A stretch of DNA of 64,000 bases. It comes from Paragordius varius (Eukaryota; Animalia; Nematomorpha). The notes under the pieces are model-generated. The model ran no database searches. It was not told where the DNA came from and worked only from the letters and a program-made list of their open reading frames with translations. The position numbers were made by a program, and so were the translations under genes. Shown piece after piece: positions 48,546-61,738 of the stretch (position 1 is the stretch's first letter; each line of letters starts with the position of its first letter). The stretch is taken from assembly GCA_964247055.1 (NCBI GenBank), contig OZ176050.1, forward strand, positions 3,968,001-4,032,000. The letters are read 5' to 3'.

Positions 48546-51500
48546 TATATTTTTATTTGAGTGGATGCGTTTTAGCAGATTGTCATCATTTTTTAAAATA
48601 TTGTAGAAGTCTTCACAAGAATTTGTCAAATTACATTTGATAGATAAAATGGCCTTTAAAGTTTCATGATTTAAATTTGATTTTTCCGACACACCTGATT
48701 TACTGTGGAAAAAACGCGTTCAGTAGCAGCGTTTGTTCCAGTTAAAGATAGTGCAAATTCCACAATTATTAAAACATTATTGTATGAAACATAGTTTGTT
48801 TCAAAATGATGAAATATTTCTAACCATTTATTTTCTACTGTATTTTTTTCTGTTGCCCATAATTTAAGTTTATTATAAATATATTTTTTAGCTAATGATA
48901 CTTCAAAGATCATTCTCTGAAAGATTACTTTTTAAGAATTTTGGAGAGATGCAGATGTCATCCATGATTTTTGAACATCGCACCAATTGAATTCTGGTTT
49001 GAATGTTATCCAATGAAAATGATCAATTTCATTGAATTGCACCGTTTAGTCTTCCAAATAATCTTTACAATTTGTATAAAACATTTTTATATGGTAGAGG
49101 ATATCTTGGAATTATTGAGCCTGTTTTTCTAAATTATATATAATATTGCGGACGATTAATGGTATAAAATTATTTTCTAACCTTTCGTGACATTGAAATT
49201 TTAGGTTATTAACTTCATAGGCTACTTCGATTGCCGAAATTACCTTCTATCAATTTTATAACATTTTGAAAGAGAGAAGCTTGATTATGTAGGTAACCAT
49301 ATTTTTCGAATCGCTTTCAAAAAACATTTCCAATAGGACTTGTGTGATAAAAAAAATCGGATTTTAAAGGATCATACATTTTTAAAATTCTTTCGATAGC
49401 TGGCAGAAGAGCTAACCAAGGATTTTTACAATATTGAAGCATTTTTTGATATTAAACTTATGCATTTTCACAAAATTCCTTAAGCGTTTCAACGCTTACC
49501 ATGGTTATAAAAAATAGGAATATATTTTAACAACTACTTTTTCCATATCTAGGGGTAACAAATCAGCAGTTGTTTGAATAGCGTTGTGTATCATATGCGC
49601 TGCACACCCAACGCCAATAAAGTTTTGATGAAGATTATCTGCTAATTCATGATTTTGTTCCCCTTTTTGCTTTTCCACCGAAGTTCGTATTGGTGTTGTC
49701 AGCGCAATATGCGATGATTTTGTCTTATTATTTTTTTTCTAGAATATTGATTATTGAAGTAAAAATTATGACGGAATTTTCACCGGATAGAAAAATAAAA
49801 TCTAAAATTTCTGGATTAAAATATCTTATTAAAATAGGAAATAATTTTGTTTCCTTGTGATTTGATGCATCAGAGTAAAGCGGTATGAAATTAATTTTCA
49901 GCAAATTTTTTTGATTTAAGAAAATGCATGTGGTGAAAGGACATTGCATACAATGGCTTCAGCCTTTGTACGGGTGCATGTAAATTTTTTATTGGATATG
50001 GTACGAATAACCTGTGAGTTAAGGGCGTGAAAAGATAAAACGCCTTCGGCTACCAAATTCTTTTCTTCCTCTCCAAAGGCGGTTTTATAAAAACGCTCAT
50101 TTTGTAAGATAATTCCGCCATATCTAAACATTTTTTTTGTTTCTGTGTTTCCATATGCTTTGTAATATCATGCTTGCCGCCATATGCTAGGGTGAATTCC
50201 CCCTAAAGAACATTTAAGAATTCCTCGTTTTTTGATAAAAGGAAATTCTTTCATTAATTCATCGTTAAATTTACAACCACTTTTTGTACTCATATTTATA
50301 AACTAATATTAGTATAAAATATATTATATTACCTTGATTTTCTGGAGTAAGTATAAGCTACCGATTTATGGTATTAATTTGTCTTTTTGATGATGTTGGC
50401 AGGTAATATAATTAAAATATTAGTATAAAAAATATTATTAATTTTATGGAGTAAACGTATAAGCTATCGATTTGGGGTATTGATATGTCTTTTTAATAAT
50501 GTTGGCAGTAGGAGTAGGAAGCTAAGTGTATAATCATATAATATGAATTCAAAAAAATTAAATGTTTTTAATTTAAAAATAAAAAATTTTAATTTAAAAT
50601 TGATATGGATTTTAAAAACAACTAATGATAAAAAATTTAAACGGATAAAAAAAATAAATTTATTATAAAAAATTTAAATTTTTTTTATATAATCGTGGAA
50701 AAGCGAGACATTTAAAAAACGTAGCCGGACGCGGGACAAAGTGTGAAAAAGCGGGACGTCTGGTCACCCTAGTTTTAGTTCAAAAATGAAGAAAATAACT
50801 AAATTAAATTGCAAAAATATACTAACATTTTTCACACCCACATGAGTTATATTGTATATAAAAGTCTTGGTTTGATAACTCATAAACTGAACTATGGCTA
50901 AATATTATTTTGACCAAGCATATGAGAAGGAATTTAACATTTTAATAGTGAAAAATTTTTAGTTAGTTTTTTTGAATGATTGATTAAATGAAAAATGACC
51001 ATTGGCGATTTAACAGAGTGGTTTAAATATTTGGGATAATTATTAAATCTAATACAGATAAATGAGGCAGGAAGACGTGTATAACAATCTTTAACAAATA
51101 AGGTTAATTTTAATGCATATAGCATATACTGCTACTGTTAAAATTCGCTTTGAGCTTGTTTATAAGAGTATTAAAATAAATTGAGGGCGATTTGGAAAAC
51201 TCATAATTGTGTATGAAACTCTCCCCGTGTTTTATTTTCATACTCATCATGGTCATGTGCCTTTGTAATTAATATTTTATGTTTAAGAAATCTAACATTG
51301 GCACATTTCAGGTAAAACTTATAAATTATACTGTTTCAAGTATATTTGATCAAATAAAGGTGCTCTTAAATAAGCGTTTGAGTTTAATGTCACCCTATTA
51401 TTTTCATTTTATAGAAGTGTTGAAACGGTTTTGGAATTATAGGGATGGTTTAAATTAAAAATCTGCACAGTTATTGTTTCAGATAATTGGAGCGCTTTTT

Positions 51501-51810
51501 TAAAAGAGCGCTTGTGTTTAGTATAATTCTTATGATAAAACACCACATTAAGGCTTTAAAGCATATTTTAGAAAAGCGGGCCGTTTGGAATATTTAGATT
51601 ATATTCATTTAAGCAATTAATGGTAAGCGTCCTTTGGAAATATGACCGCTTCACTTGTAAAAATTTACGATTTTTATGATATTTTTGTTAAATTATGTGC
51701 CTATTGTATAGAAATATAGGATTTTTGAAAGTCTGGAACCATATTATTAGGTAATCAGTATATAGACGAATCAAACAAGCGCTAGAAGAATTATACTTTA
51801 TAATAGATGA

Positions 51811-52796
51811 CTAGCGTAAATCTCGTGCTGCTACGCAGCCCGAGGAAGTCCTTTGGATTTCTGGGAGGGGGGGCATTTTTGATTTTATAAGCAATTTTGT
51901 TATGCGGTACGAAGTTTTAAAATGATTCACATAGTCTCATATTCTGAAATTTGGCTCCAAAGACATGCTGTATCGATATGATGGCGAAGTTGTAGGCGGG
52001 TAGCCCCCTACCCAGAGGCCAATATAAAAATGTAGTTAGATAAAAAAGTCTTTAAACCTGGAATAATCGTTCATTCCTAATAGTTTATGGAAGAATGGCT
52101 TCAAAACTAAATAATAGTTCAATGATAGCGCATTTTTAGGGATTAAAGGGCCTATTTAACGGCTAATTCAAAAAATCCGCTGGACTTAAATTTTTGACTT
52201 TTTACGGGTAATACTTTAAGCAGTAATTAAACTCATATGGCCTGATAAGTTTTCTGAAATTTAGCCCCAAAAGCACGCTATTTCGATATGACGTAGTTTT
52301 TCGCGGGTAGCTCATTACTCAAGCTATCATCAAATTAACGCTTGACTAAAATTTTTGCCTTTTGACAGGGAATACGTGGAATCCTTAACGGTCTCATATC
52401 TTGGGCTAAAAATAGAATCAAAAAATTATTTTTGTGGACTTTGTTTTTTGAAAAAAATGGCATTTTACGGGGGGAGCGGATAAAAAGAGGGGAATAAATT
52501 AAAAAAGCGAGACGACTATGTTCGCGTAATCGAAAATAAGTAAACAAAAATCATATTTGAAATTGAATGGTCCAACACTCCGGAATTTTTTTTTCAAAGA
52601 CATGATTTTTGTGGACTTCTGTTTTCAAAAAAACCGTTTTTTACACGGGGTGGGCCCGAACTGGGAGCCTATTTTAAAAAAGGGCGAAGCTATTGTCGGG
52701 GCATTCATTAATTCGATGTTTGGATTTGAATGGGTCTACCGGTTTTCCGGAAACAGATCACAAAGCCACCACTTTCCATTTTTATAAATATATAGA
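51811..52796 (-). mobile_element. Complete non-autonomous Helitron
   Basis: A|TC 5' end at 52796, 3' hairpin region, CTAG|T at 51811. Confidence 0.9.
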
Positions 52797-53375
52797 TTAC
52801 CAATCAAGACGAATAAATATAAAAAATGATAGAGTTTCAAGGATTATATGCCAAAAATGTGTTTAAAAAATTTCTTTCGTTTTCAACAAAATCTGGCATA
52901 AAATAAAACAATTTTTTTATTATATAATTGGATTCACTCATCAGTAGGCACGAAAACATTGCAGAAAAATTTTTGGAATGAAATAAAAAAATCAGTATTA
53001 AAAAATATTTATTACAATAATTATAAAATTTTGTCCGTTTATTTTCCACGTATTGCATCGCTTAACATCAATTTTCCCATTGCTTGGCTTAAATACCTGG
53101 AAAATAAATATAATATACGAATTAAAATTCATAAAAAATATATTTCATTAAATTTGTAATAGGTTAATCTATATGAATACAATCGATTGACTCATTTTTT
53201 AAAAAATATTATAAATGTATTAATTGGTCATATAAGGATTATTTCTATGATTTGTTTTAATAATATCGATAAAAATGTTTTAATCTCCAAACTCTTTTTA
53301 TTTTACAAAATTTCACTATACTTAATAGGTTCATAAAATATGTTTAATAACACTTGGTATTACTAAACTAAGCAA

Positions 53376-55832
53376 TTAAAACGTTAAGAAGTTTTTTACA
53401 AATGGTATTTTTTTTATCCTTAATTCACTGAAATTTTATTGCCAAATTCCAATTATAAAAAAATGGATATTCATTAAAACAGATTGAAAAAAGTAATTAC
53501 TTGTTGATGGAATTAACAGAATCTATAAGTTTATCACTAATAACCAGCGCATCTAATCTTTGTGGCGGTGGGACAGCCTTAAAAAGCTTATCAATATCTT
53601 CATCGGGTAAGGGGGGTAATCCTTTTGCTTCCCGACTTTTATTCTCTAGGTCCTACAAAATGACAAATAAATGTTTTTCTTCAATATAATTTTAATTTAT
53701 ACTGTAGATAATTTATAATTTTCAAGACGGAATGTAAATACAACTTTTACAACTATATATACAGGCGAAAAATATAAGTGCTTTAAATATACAATATATT
53801 TTAATGCATAATAAAATGGAAAATTGTGCATACAGCAAATATAATGTTTAAAAAGCCTGTTATCTACTCAATCAAAAAATTTAATTTAGATCATAATAAA
53901 AATAAATCATTTAACAATCATTACATCAAATATGGTTACCATTTTCCAATGCAATGTAAAAAAAGAAAACAAACCCGTTTAGCCACATACTGTTGTTTGA
54001 GCGATTGAATTTTCTGATTTTGTCGATAATACGAATTTAGTTTATTGTTTTCTTGATTCATATCATCCATATTTAACATCATAGCCCGCAAATTGTAATC
54101 CAGAGTTGGCAGAAAATCCATATCAAGAATTCTTTCCGTCGCAATATTGTTCTCCATAATGAAATTGGTTTGGAGTTGAGACAAGAGTACGCTACTTAAA
54201 TTGGATGTCCGTATGTATACTGGGATCTCTTGAAACAAACTCTCATAACTCACCTTGAGTTTTTGAATCCTGTTTATAAAAATATAAAATAAACATAATT
54301 GATATTGGCCCAATATTTAAGTATTCGATATGGAGGGTATATAAAAATTGGCCTGTACAAATAGCATTATCATATAATTAGCGGTTTTTACTATCGTTTA
54401 GTGTAGGGTTAAGCAACACATATGGCATCATGGGCCGTATTACCAAAATACGTTACATTAATGAATATTTATAAAATCAAGGGTAACCAACACAAATGGA
54501 TTCGCGTCGATTTTTGCCCCAAAAATTTGGCGTGGTCGGATTCGAAATATATATAAATATACAGTTTAGAGTCTCTTTCTTCCTTTTTTATTAAAGGGTA
54601 AGGACTTAAATTTGTATTCGGACATGTGAAGGCTTTAACACTCGCCTGCCCAAAGCTGACAGTGATGATGGAAAAATGCGTAGTTTCGGGGGCATTCATA
54701 ATTTATTAGATTTTATACTTAAGACTGCGAAATAACGTAATATAACAATTTTCTAGATCTTGCCAATTATACTTATTTATTTAGAATTTTTTTTAAAGAA
54801 TAACAATTTTGCTAAGATTGTTGAGCATATTTTTGCAAATTATGTTTTTCCAATTTTTTTGCTTTGGACACCCCTGTGTTAGTTTTACAAACATACGACT
54901 ATAAATAAATGTTAACAATTGTTATTATTCCACCAATTGTCCCTTGTTCGTTGCAAATTAGAGTACTCTGAAAATTTGCGAAAAATGTCAATTTATTGAG
55001 ATTTTATGAGTTTACTTTTGTGGAAAAATGAAATATCGTTTTATTTGGTTTGTTCTAAAGTTTTGGCGGGCTGCACATAATGTCTTGGAAAGCCGCGTGT
55101 TTTAAAACCATGATTTAGTGTATTTTAAAAATAAATTTCAGTCAGTTACTATAATCTCCATTTTCTGTATCATATCTAATTATTTGACAGTTAAACAAAT
55201 AAATATCTAAAGCTAAAATTTATAAATAAAAGCGTAAATTCTATCCAAACGATTTTTTAAAATATTTAAAATAAAAGATATTTAAGATATATAAAATTGA
55301 CTTTTCTGGTGTATAATCACCAGCGCATTCGGCACACATTTGCAGACCTTTGGTTGTTAGTCGGTAAGCTTTGAGTGAAAGAAATCCTCGTGCAGTTTTA
55401 ACATTGTTGTACATTAGAGCTATACTTTCGCTAATAGAATTTTGATAATTATATTGATTTTCAATAAAATCTGTGTTTATAAAATTTCCCAAGGGCGTAT
55501 TTTGATACCAACCAATTTGAAGCGTATCAAAGCGGATTTTCTGTAAATTTTTCATAAGATCCATCTGAAGTGCATTAACTTTTATACTATCAATAAAGAC
55601 AAATACTTTCTTCCATGCTTTCGGTTTGTTTGGGGTTTGGTGAACAATTGGTTACTTCCAATTTATCATTAACCTTCATTCCCATTAAAAAACCTTGAAC
55701 AATATCGCCTAAACCAGATATCTCTTGATCACAATGTTTAATAATTTTCAGTAAAACCTAAAATTTTGTGTAATATTTTACCAAAAAATCCACTTCAACC
55801 TGGGTAATAATTTCCTCATTGCTGTTCGACAT
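53376..55832 (-). CDS. EIF3H: Eukaryotic translation initiation factor 3 subunit H
   Basis: Exons 55782-55832, 55607-55757 (VLLKIIKH..IVQGFLMG..LEVTNC), 55302-55578 (GWYQNT..GFLSLKAYRLT), 53975-54269, 53501-53652 (GLPPLPDEDIDKLFK.VPPPQRLDAL). The last exon (53376-53427) is tentative. Confidence 0.93.
54560..54695 (-). mobile_element. 5'-truncated copy of the tRNA-derived SINE, in an eIF3h intron
   Basis: Matches 57740-57875 over its length. Confidence 0.7.
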
Positions 55833-55950
55833 GAGATTGGTACGAATGTATGAATTTGTAAAATATTTACAGGTGGTAAATTTTAAATATGATAAAAATT
55901 ATTGATTTTTTGAATATATTATAAAGCGATTTGGGGCCCTTTCCCTCATT
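55833..55950. promoter_or_regulatory. Probable bidirectional promoter region between eIF3h and CLN3
   Basis: Only 118 bp between the two divergent inferred start codons. No specific core motif identified. Confidence 0.55.
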
Positions 55951-57707
55951 ATGGCCGATACACTTTCGTTAATCTCCTCCAATAAACCGAGCAGATATGA
56001 ATCATTTATAAACATTTTATCGTTTTGGTACAGTTTTTTATCTAATCATTTTTTAGGATTTTGGGATTATGTAACAACTTTGCATATATTGTTATGTTAA
56101 GTGCTGCTCATGATATAATTGAAAATTCCGCTTTGCATCAGTTTCATGAAAATGTTAAAACTGTAAAAATGATTTATTTTACATTATAGAATACTTTGGA
56201 TAAAATTACGTTTCACACTCTCCGACGACCTCAAACAAAATATGATTGCAATATCATATCTACAGGGGTAATCAATAATTAATTTGTAGGCCATTCTTTT
56301 AGCGGATATTTTGCCAACATTTTTTCTTAAACTCGTTGCTCCATTTTGTTTGCTCGGAATATCATACAAGTATTTTAACATTTTTGGCCTAAATCCAAAT
56401 TCACCTTTTATTTGTTTTAATATAAACCATATATAATTATCTCTTTTAAATGATGTTTTGTATCATTATTTTGATTTAAAATTGCTTATTTCATATATTT
56501 GCTCTTTGACAGCAAATATTTTTGTTGTTTATCTTATTTTTTAATTTTTTTAAAGTGTTACTTTCTAAATAACAAAAATATATTTTAATTTAGCATCCGT
56601 ATAGCGTTTGTTATCACGTTTGGTTTTTTGTCACTCCTTATTGTTTCAGTGGCTTACACGACATGGGAAAATATTATAGGTAAGTTTTCACGAAATAGTC
56701 TTTATAATTGGAAAATTCAAATTTTTATGAAATTTAAAATTTTTTCTTTCCAAAATTTAAAAATCAATATACGCATTTAAATGGTTGTTTATTTTACAGT
56801 AGCATATTATCAATTTATAGAAAAGTCAAAAAGTAAATGTAAGGATCATAAAATAATTTTTATGAATTTGGAAAATAGGTATTTATCAATCCATAGGCTA
56901 ATTTCTTTTTGATACTATTATGGCATATTACATATTATTATAAGTTTGATACAAATCCAATTAGCTTTATATTCCCATTCATGCTGAAATTTATATTTTT
57001 ATATGGAAGCATAAATTACTCAAATATATTAATTACATCCCTAATTTTAATTATAGAAGTGGTGAAATGGATTAAAAATAATTTAATCTATTAAATTTTA
57101 AATTGATTAATATAAGAATGTATTGACTACTAACACGAATTTTATCCAAAAATTAAAATTTAATATATAAATTGATACTTTTTGACCCATCAATTCTGAT
57201 GCCGTATATATTAAAAATGTCTATCGCAAATTACAATTGTAAAATATATATGTGTAAGAAAATAATAGGTTATTTTACATAAAAAATTATAATAGCCTCT
57301 TCTCAACTATATAATTTTTAAGGTAGTTAAACATTTTTTATAAATTATTTTTCGTGATTAAAATTTTTATTTCCATTTATCATCTATAATTTATTTAATA
57401 TTTTTATGGCTATTTAGGGGTGGTATTTGCAAGTTTAGGCACAGGATTGGGTGATTATACCTTTTTGAGTTTGGCTTCCTATTATAACAAGTAAATTTTC
57501 TTTTCATACTCTTAATTTTACGCAAATTTTGAAACTAAATTGGTAAATCTAAATATACATAATAAATTTTACCATCCATTATAAATTTCAAAACAATATT
57601 TTTAATTACTTTTGATTAAAAACAAAATATTTTTTGAGTTGCTCTGTTTATCATTCGGCACTGCCGAATATTTTTGCAACTGTATAATAATATTGCTGAA
57701 ATTGTAA

Positions 57708-57739
<32 letters not shown>

Positions 57740-60700
57740 CAGTCTAGAGTATCTTTTTTTCTTTTTTATTAAAGGGTAAGTAAGGACTTAAATTTTATCC
57801 GGACATGTGAAGGCTTCATAACACTCGCCTGCCCAGGGCTGACAGTGATATGATGGAAAAATTAAGTAGTTTCGGGGTTCGAACTCTGCAGTGTAAGAGT
57901 CCGCTACCTACAATACCATCATCGAATTTTATTATAAAATCGTTTTTATTATAATATTTTATTTCTATATAATTTCCTAATTATTTTAGGGATATATTAT
58001 CTGCTTGGGCCTCTGGAACAGGTAAACATTAAAATTAGATGATTGATTTCGCTATAAATTTATTTTTTTTATTAAAATCATAAATTAAAAAAAGCATAAG
58101 AAAAATTTACATTTTATACTCTTTTCGTAATGTTAGGTGCCGCTGGTTTATTCGGTTCCCTTTCGTATGCTGGCCTCATTTCTATCGGATTTTCGTCTCA
58201 AAATTCGTTATTGCTCATGTTATTTATACCGCTTTTAATGGGATTTGCGTACGTTTTAACATTTTAATTTGCTATATATTATTTAAAGTCTGAATAAAAA
58301 TTAATTTTTTAAACTAATCCATGTTAAATTCTTTTTGTTTAAAATATTTTTATTTGGTACATTGATGCGTATAATATGGCAAAAATCATTTTTTTTATTA
58401 TATTTGATTTTGAAAAAATAGAATTAACGCTCTTTATGATTTCAGCCAAATTATATAGTTTAAAATATAACTTTTTTGCGGATTTCGTTTTGACACATAA
58501 TATTTTTGATTATTTTGACTAATGGTGCTTATTTATTCCCGAATTTATACTATCATCTATAAATTATTCTGATTATCATCAAATAATTAAATTCTAATAA
58601 TATAATTATCTTTAAATACATCATAATTTTAGATTCTTTTGGCTTTTACATAAACCAATATATACCCATTTTACCGATATCCTGACAACTCCAATCCCTA
58701 CCAAAAAAGAAAAGATGGAAACGAAGAAAATTGTTGGCATTAATACAGAAACTAAGCTTAAGACATCATCATCACCCTCTTATAATACCACAGATCAAAC
58801 TTTTACCTCAAAAAAGGCTAAAAATATTGGTAATTTTCTGTTTTATCTTTAATACAATTTACGGAAATTATTGATTTTATGTGATGAAACATTTTTATTT
58901 AAGCCTTTTTCTATAACAATGCTTTTAAACAAACAAAAAGTTATGAATTTTTTTTGTGGCTGCATATCAATTAATTGTTTATTTTATCCACCTAATTTTT
59001 TAAAATTACAGTAGTAAGTATATATTGCTAGAAAGTTATTAATTATTGTCAAATATCATATGCAGCAAAGAGAGTTAGTTATTATTGGCTAATAATAGTT
59101 AGAAGTGAGAAAATAACTATAAGCCAATGCCCTTTGTTGTATATTCTATTTGTCAATAATTAATAACTTTCGAGCAATGTATACTTACTTATAGTGTATT
59201 GTTTGGTTGATACTGTTTAGTTTTGTTAAAATAATTAAATAAAGATTGGTGCCAATAAAGTTTATTTAAATTGGTTTTTTCATAGATTTTATTTAATTAA
59301 GTGTTGGTCATAAATGTTTCTTATAGACGTTAATTTGAATCATGTTTTAGTTAAAGTTATATTTTTTACTGTACTTAAATTTGATCAATATGGATGCAAT
59401 AAAATAAAAAATTTGTCATATAAATATATATTTATATATACTAAAATTTATCTAATATATATTTTCACTATCATTTTATATTAAATATTAAAATTATAAT
59501 GAAAAATATAAAATAACATATTTAGATAATTTTTATATGAACAATTTTAAGTTGCGAAATGGAATGAAAATGTAAATTGGTAATACACTCAACGTAAACT
59601 TACACAAGTAGGCATAGAAAAAAAGCATTTAAAAAACATCAGTATTACACAAATGTTGCTTTTTCACTTTTTATCTGCTTTATATTTTTTTCCACATAGA
59701 TGATCACCTTAATACACTTTACCCCAATCTCAGTAGTAGTGGTAACACTAAATCAACACCAGCTCTCAAAAAATTTCCACCAAATTTGCCTACCATATCG
59801 GTTCCAGATAATAATAAAAATAATAATAATAATGAAAGATTAAAAGATGAAACTCAACGTAAAAGACGTCCATCCTTCCTTCAACTCATAAGTGATGAGG
59901 ATGGACCACTAAGAAACCGTCGAGTTTCGTTTGATTTTGCTGGGCGAGCTAATCAAATACGGCATTTGTTACCATACATGGTCCCGTTGTCTATAGTTTA
60001 CTTTAGTGAATACTTTATTAACCAAGGATTGGTACATCTATACATATATATATGTTTTTGTTATCTAACAACATTTCTTATCGATGTGTTGTTGAAATGT
60101 GTGTTTAAAATGAAATTTATATCTTGTGCTAAAATGCGTCTATGGATTTGATCGGAGTTTTTAGCATTATTTTGACGTATTTTAGTTATGAATGATATTA
60201 AAAGGCATGTAGATTTTTTTGTAATAGACATAAAATATATATTAAAAATAACCTGTTACATGATATCGTGATGTATGAACATTTGTATAACTGTTCAAAA
60301 AATTATCATATATTTTTGATTTTTCCAAAAGTCAACATAATTATATAGGTTGTGTATTGTACTATTTTAATTTTCTATAATTTAAAATTTATTTAGTTTG
60401 AGTTGACCTATTTCCGAAACATTTGGTTAGATCATGCTAGTCAGTATCGATGGTAAATGATATTACAAATTTTTTATATACTTTTAATATATTATTAAAC
60501 ATCAAACATTTTTTTTAAAAGTAAGTATTTTTGTAATATGTATAAAATTTTATTTAAATTTTTACCAACGATATAGGTATTTGGTCGATTATCAGCTCGG
60601 TGTGTTTATATCGCGTTCATCGTTCAAGATTATACCTATGCCGGTTTTATGGATTTTCCCAATCTTACAAGTTTTTTTAAAAAAAAATTCGGAACATTTT

Positions 60701-61738
60701 GTTAATATATGGGTTAAAATTAATTTTTAGCCTTATAGTACAATTTTTTATTCAGTGTTTTCTCCCTAAAATATATAATATAGTATGAAAAATGGTAAAT
60801 ATGTACAGAAGAATTTTTAAAAAAACTAGGGGTAAAATATGTAAAGTAAAATTATTTTATTGAAAAGCTGCAATTAAAACGAAATATAAGCTGTATTTTT
60901 TGTTTTCCATTATTTGGGCTTAATAGACCAACTTGTTATTTCAAACCTCGTATTTAATTACCATACTTACATTGGTTTAAAAGAAAATATTAGGGAAAAA
61001 TATGGTTATAATTATTTTATTCCAGCTTTTTGAAAAAAAACTTTGATTTTTACTTTGCATATTGTATTGTATGCCATTAAAACTCTAATTGTAAAGAAAG
61101 TAAATTTAAAAAATAATATTTTTTTTATAGATGTGCAATTTATTCCTATTTTTGGCCAACGTTTACTTCTCATTCATTCCATCCATTTACATTGTTTTCG
61201 TGCTAATTTTCTTTGAAGGATTCATTGGGGGATCAGCCTATGTTAATACGTTCCATAAAATAGCATATGATGTAAGTTGTAATTTTATTAATTCAAAAGC
61301 CGGACTCTTACACCGTGTGAGTGTGTGGGGTGCTACAGTTCGAATCCCGAAACTGCATATATTTTATCATTGAGCCCTGGGGAGGCGAGTTTTGAAAGCC
61401 TTTACAAGTCCTAATACAATTTAAGCCCTTACCCCTTTCTATAAAGAAAAAAAAGAGACTCTATAAACTGTATATTTATTTTATTTTTTTGCACATATCC
61501 TTTAATTTGTTCTTCCGAATAGAATTATCAATCTTATATATATTAAATATTTTTTACAAAAATATCCTCATTTATATTTTAATTAAAAATGAAAATTTTG
61601 GCCATTTTTTAGCACGAGGACCCTGAAACCAAAGAATTTTGCTTGGGAGCCGCAAGTTTGGCTGATACGATGGGCATTTCGTTAGCGGGCTTTGCTTCAT
61701 TACCTGTACACAATTATTTCTGTTCCAAAAAACTTTAA
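55951..61738 (+). CDS. CLN3: Battenin (CLN3) lysosomal membrane protein, ~13 exons
   Basis: Exons from ATG 55951: ..SFW / ILGLCNNFAYIVMLSAAHDII / YDCNIISTG / AILLADILPT / 56594-56679 / VVFASLGTGLGD / SAWASGT / GAAGLFGS / 58633-58829 / 59700-60031 (VYFSEYFINQGL) / QYRW / YQLGVFISRSS / FEGFIGGSAYVNTF / 61613-61738 (KEFCLG..ADTMGISLAG). Confidence 0.95.
57740..57925 (-). mobile_element. tRNA-derived SINE in a CLN3 intron
   Basis: On minus: A-box-like TGGTATTGTAGG, GGACTCTTAC, B box GTTCGAACC, conserved body; 3' end abuts (TA)n. Three copies in the window. Confidence 0.7.
61296..61475 (+). mobile_element. Same SINE family, last CLN3 intron
   Basis: GCCGGACTCTTACAC...GTTCGAATCCCGAAACT...GCCCTGGGGAGGCGAGT...AGAGACTCTATAAACTG. 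Confidence 0.7.

Larger units (their letters stand above)
47508..50771 (-). mobile_element. Decayed full-length hAT transposon with nested insertions
   Basis: TIRs TAAGGTGACCAGA / TCTGGTCACCCTA; degenerate TSD GTTATATT vs GTTTTAGT. Frameshifted transposase on minus: YGGKHDITKH BED-like block, CTRTKAEAIVCNVL, FALSLTGTNAATERVFS dimerisation motif. Confidence 0.88.

Noticed and set aside
57870-57925. Functional tRNA gene
   Set aside because: There is no full cloverleaf or acceptor stem, and it is attached to a repeated SINE body.
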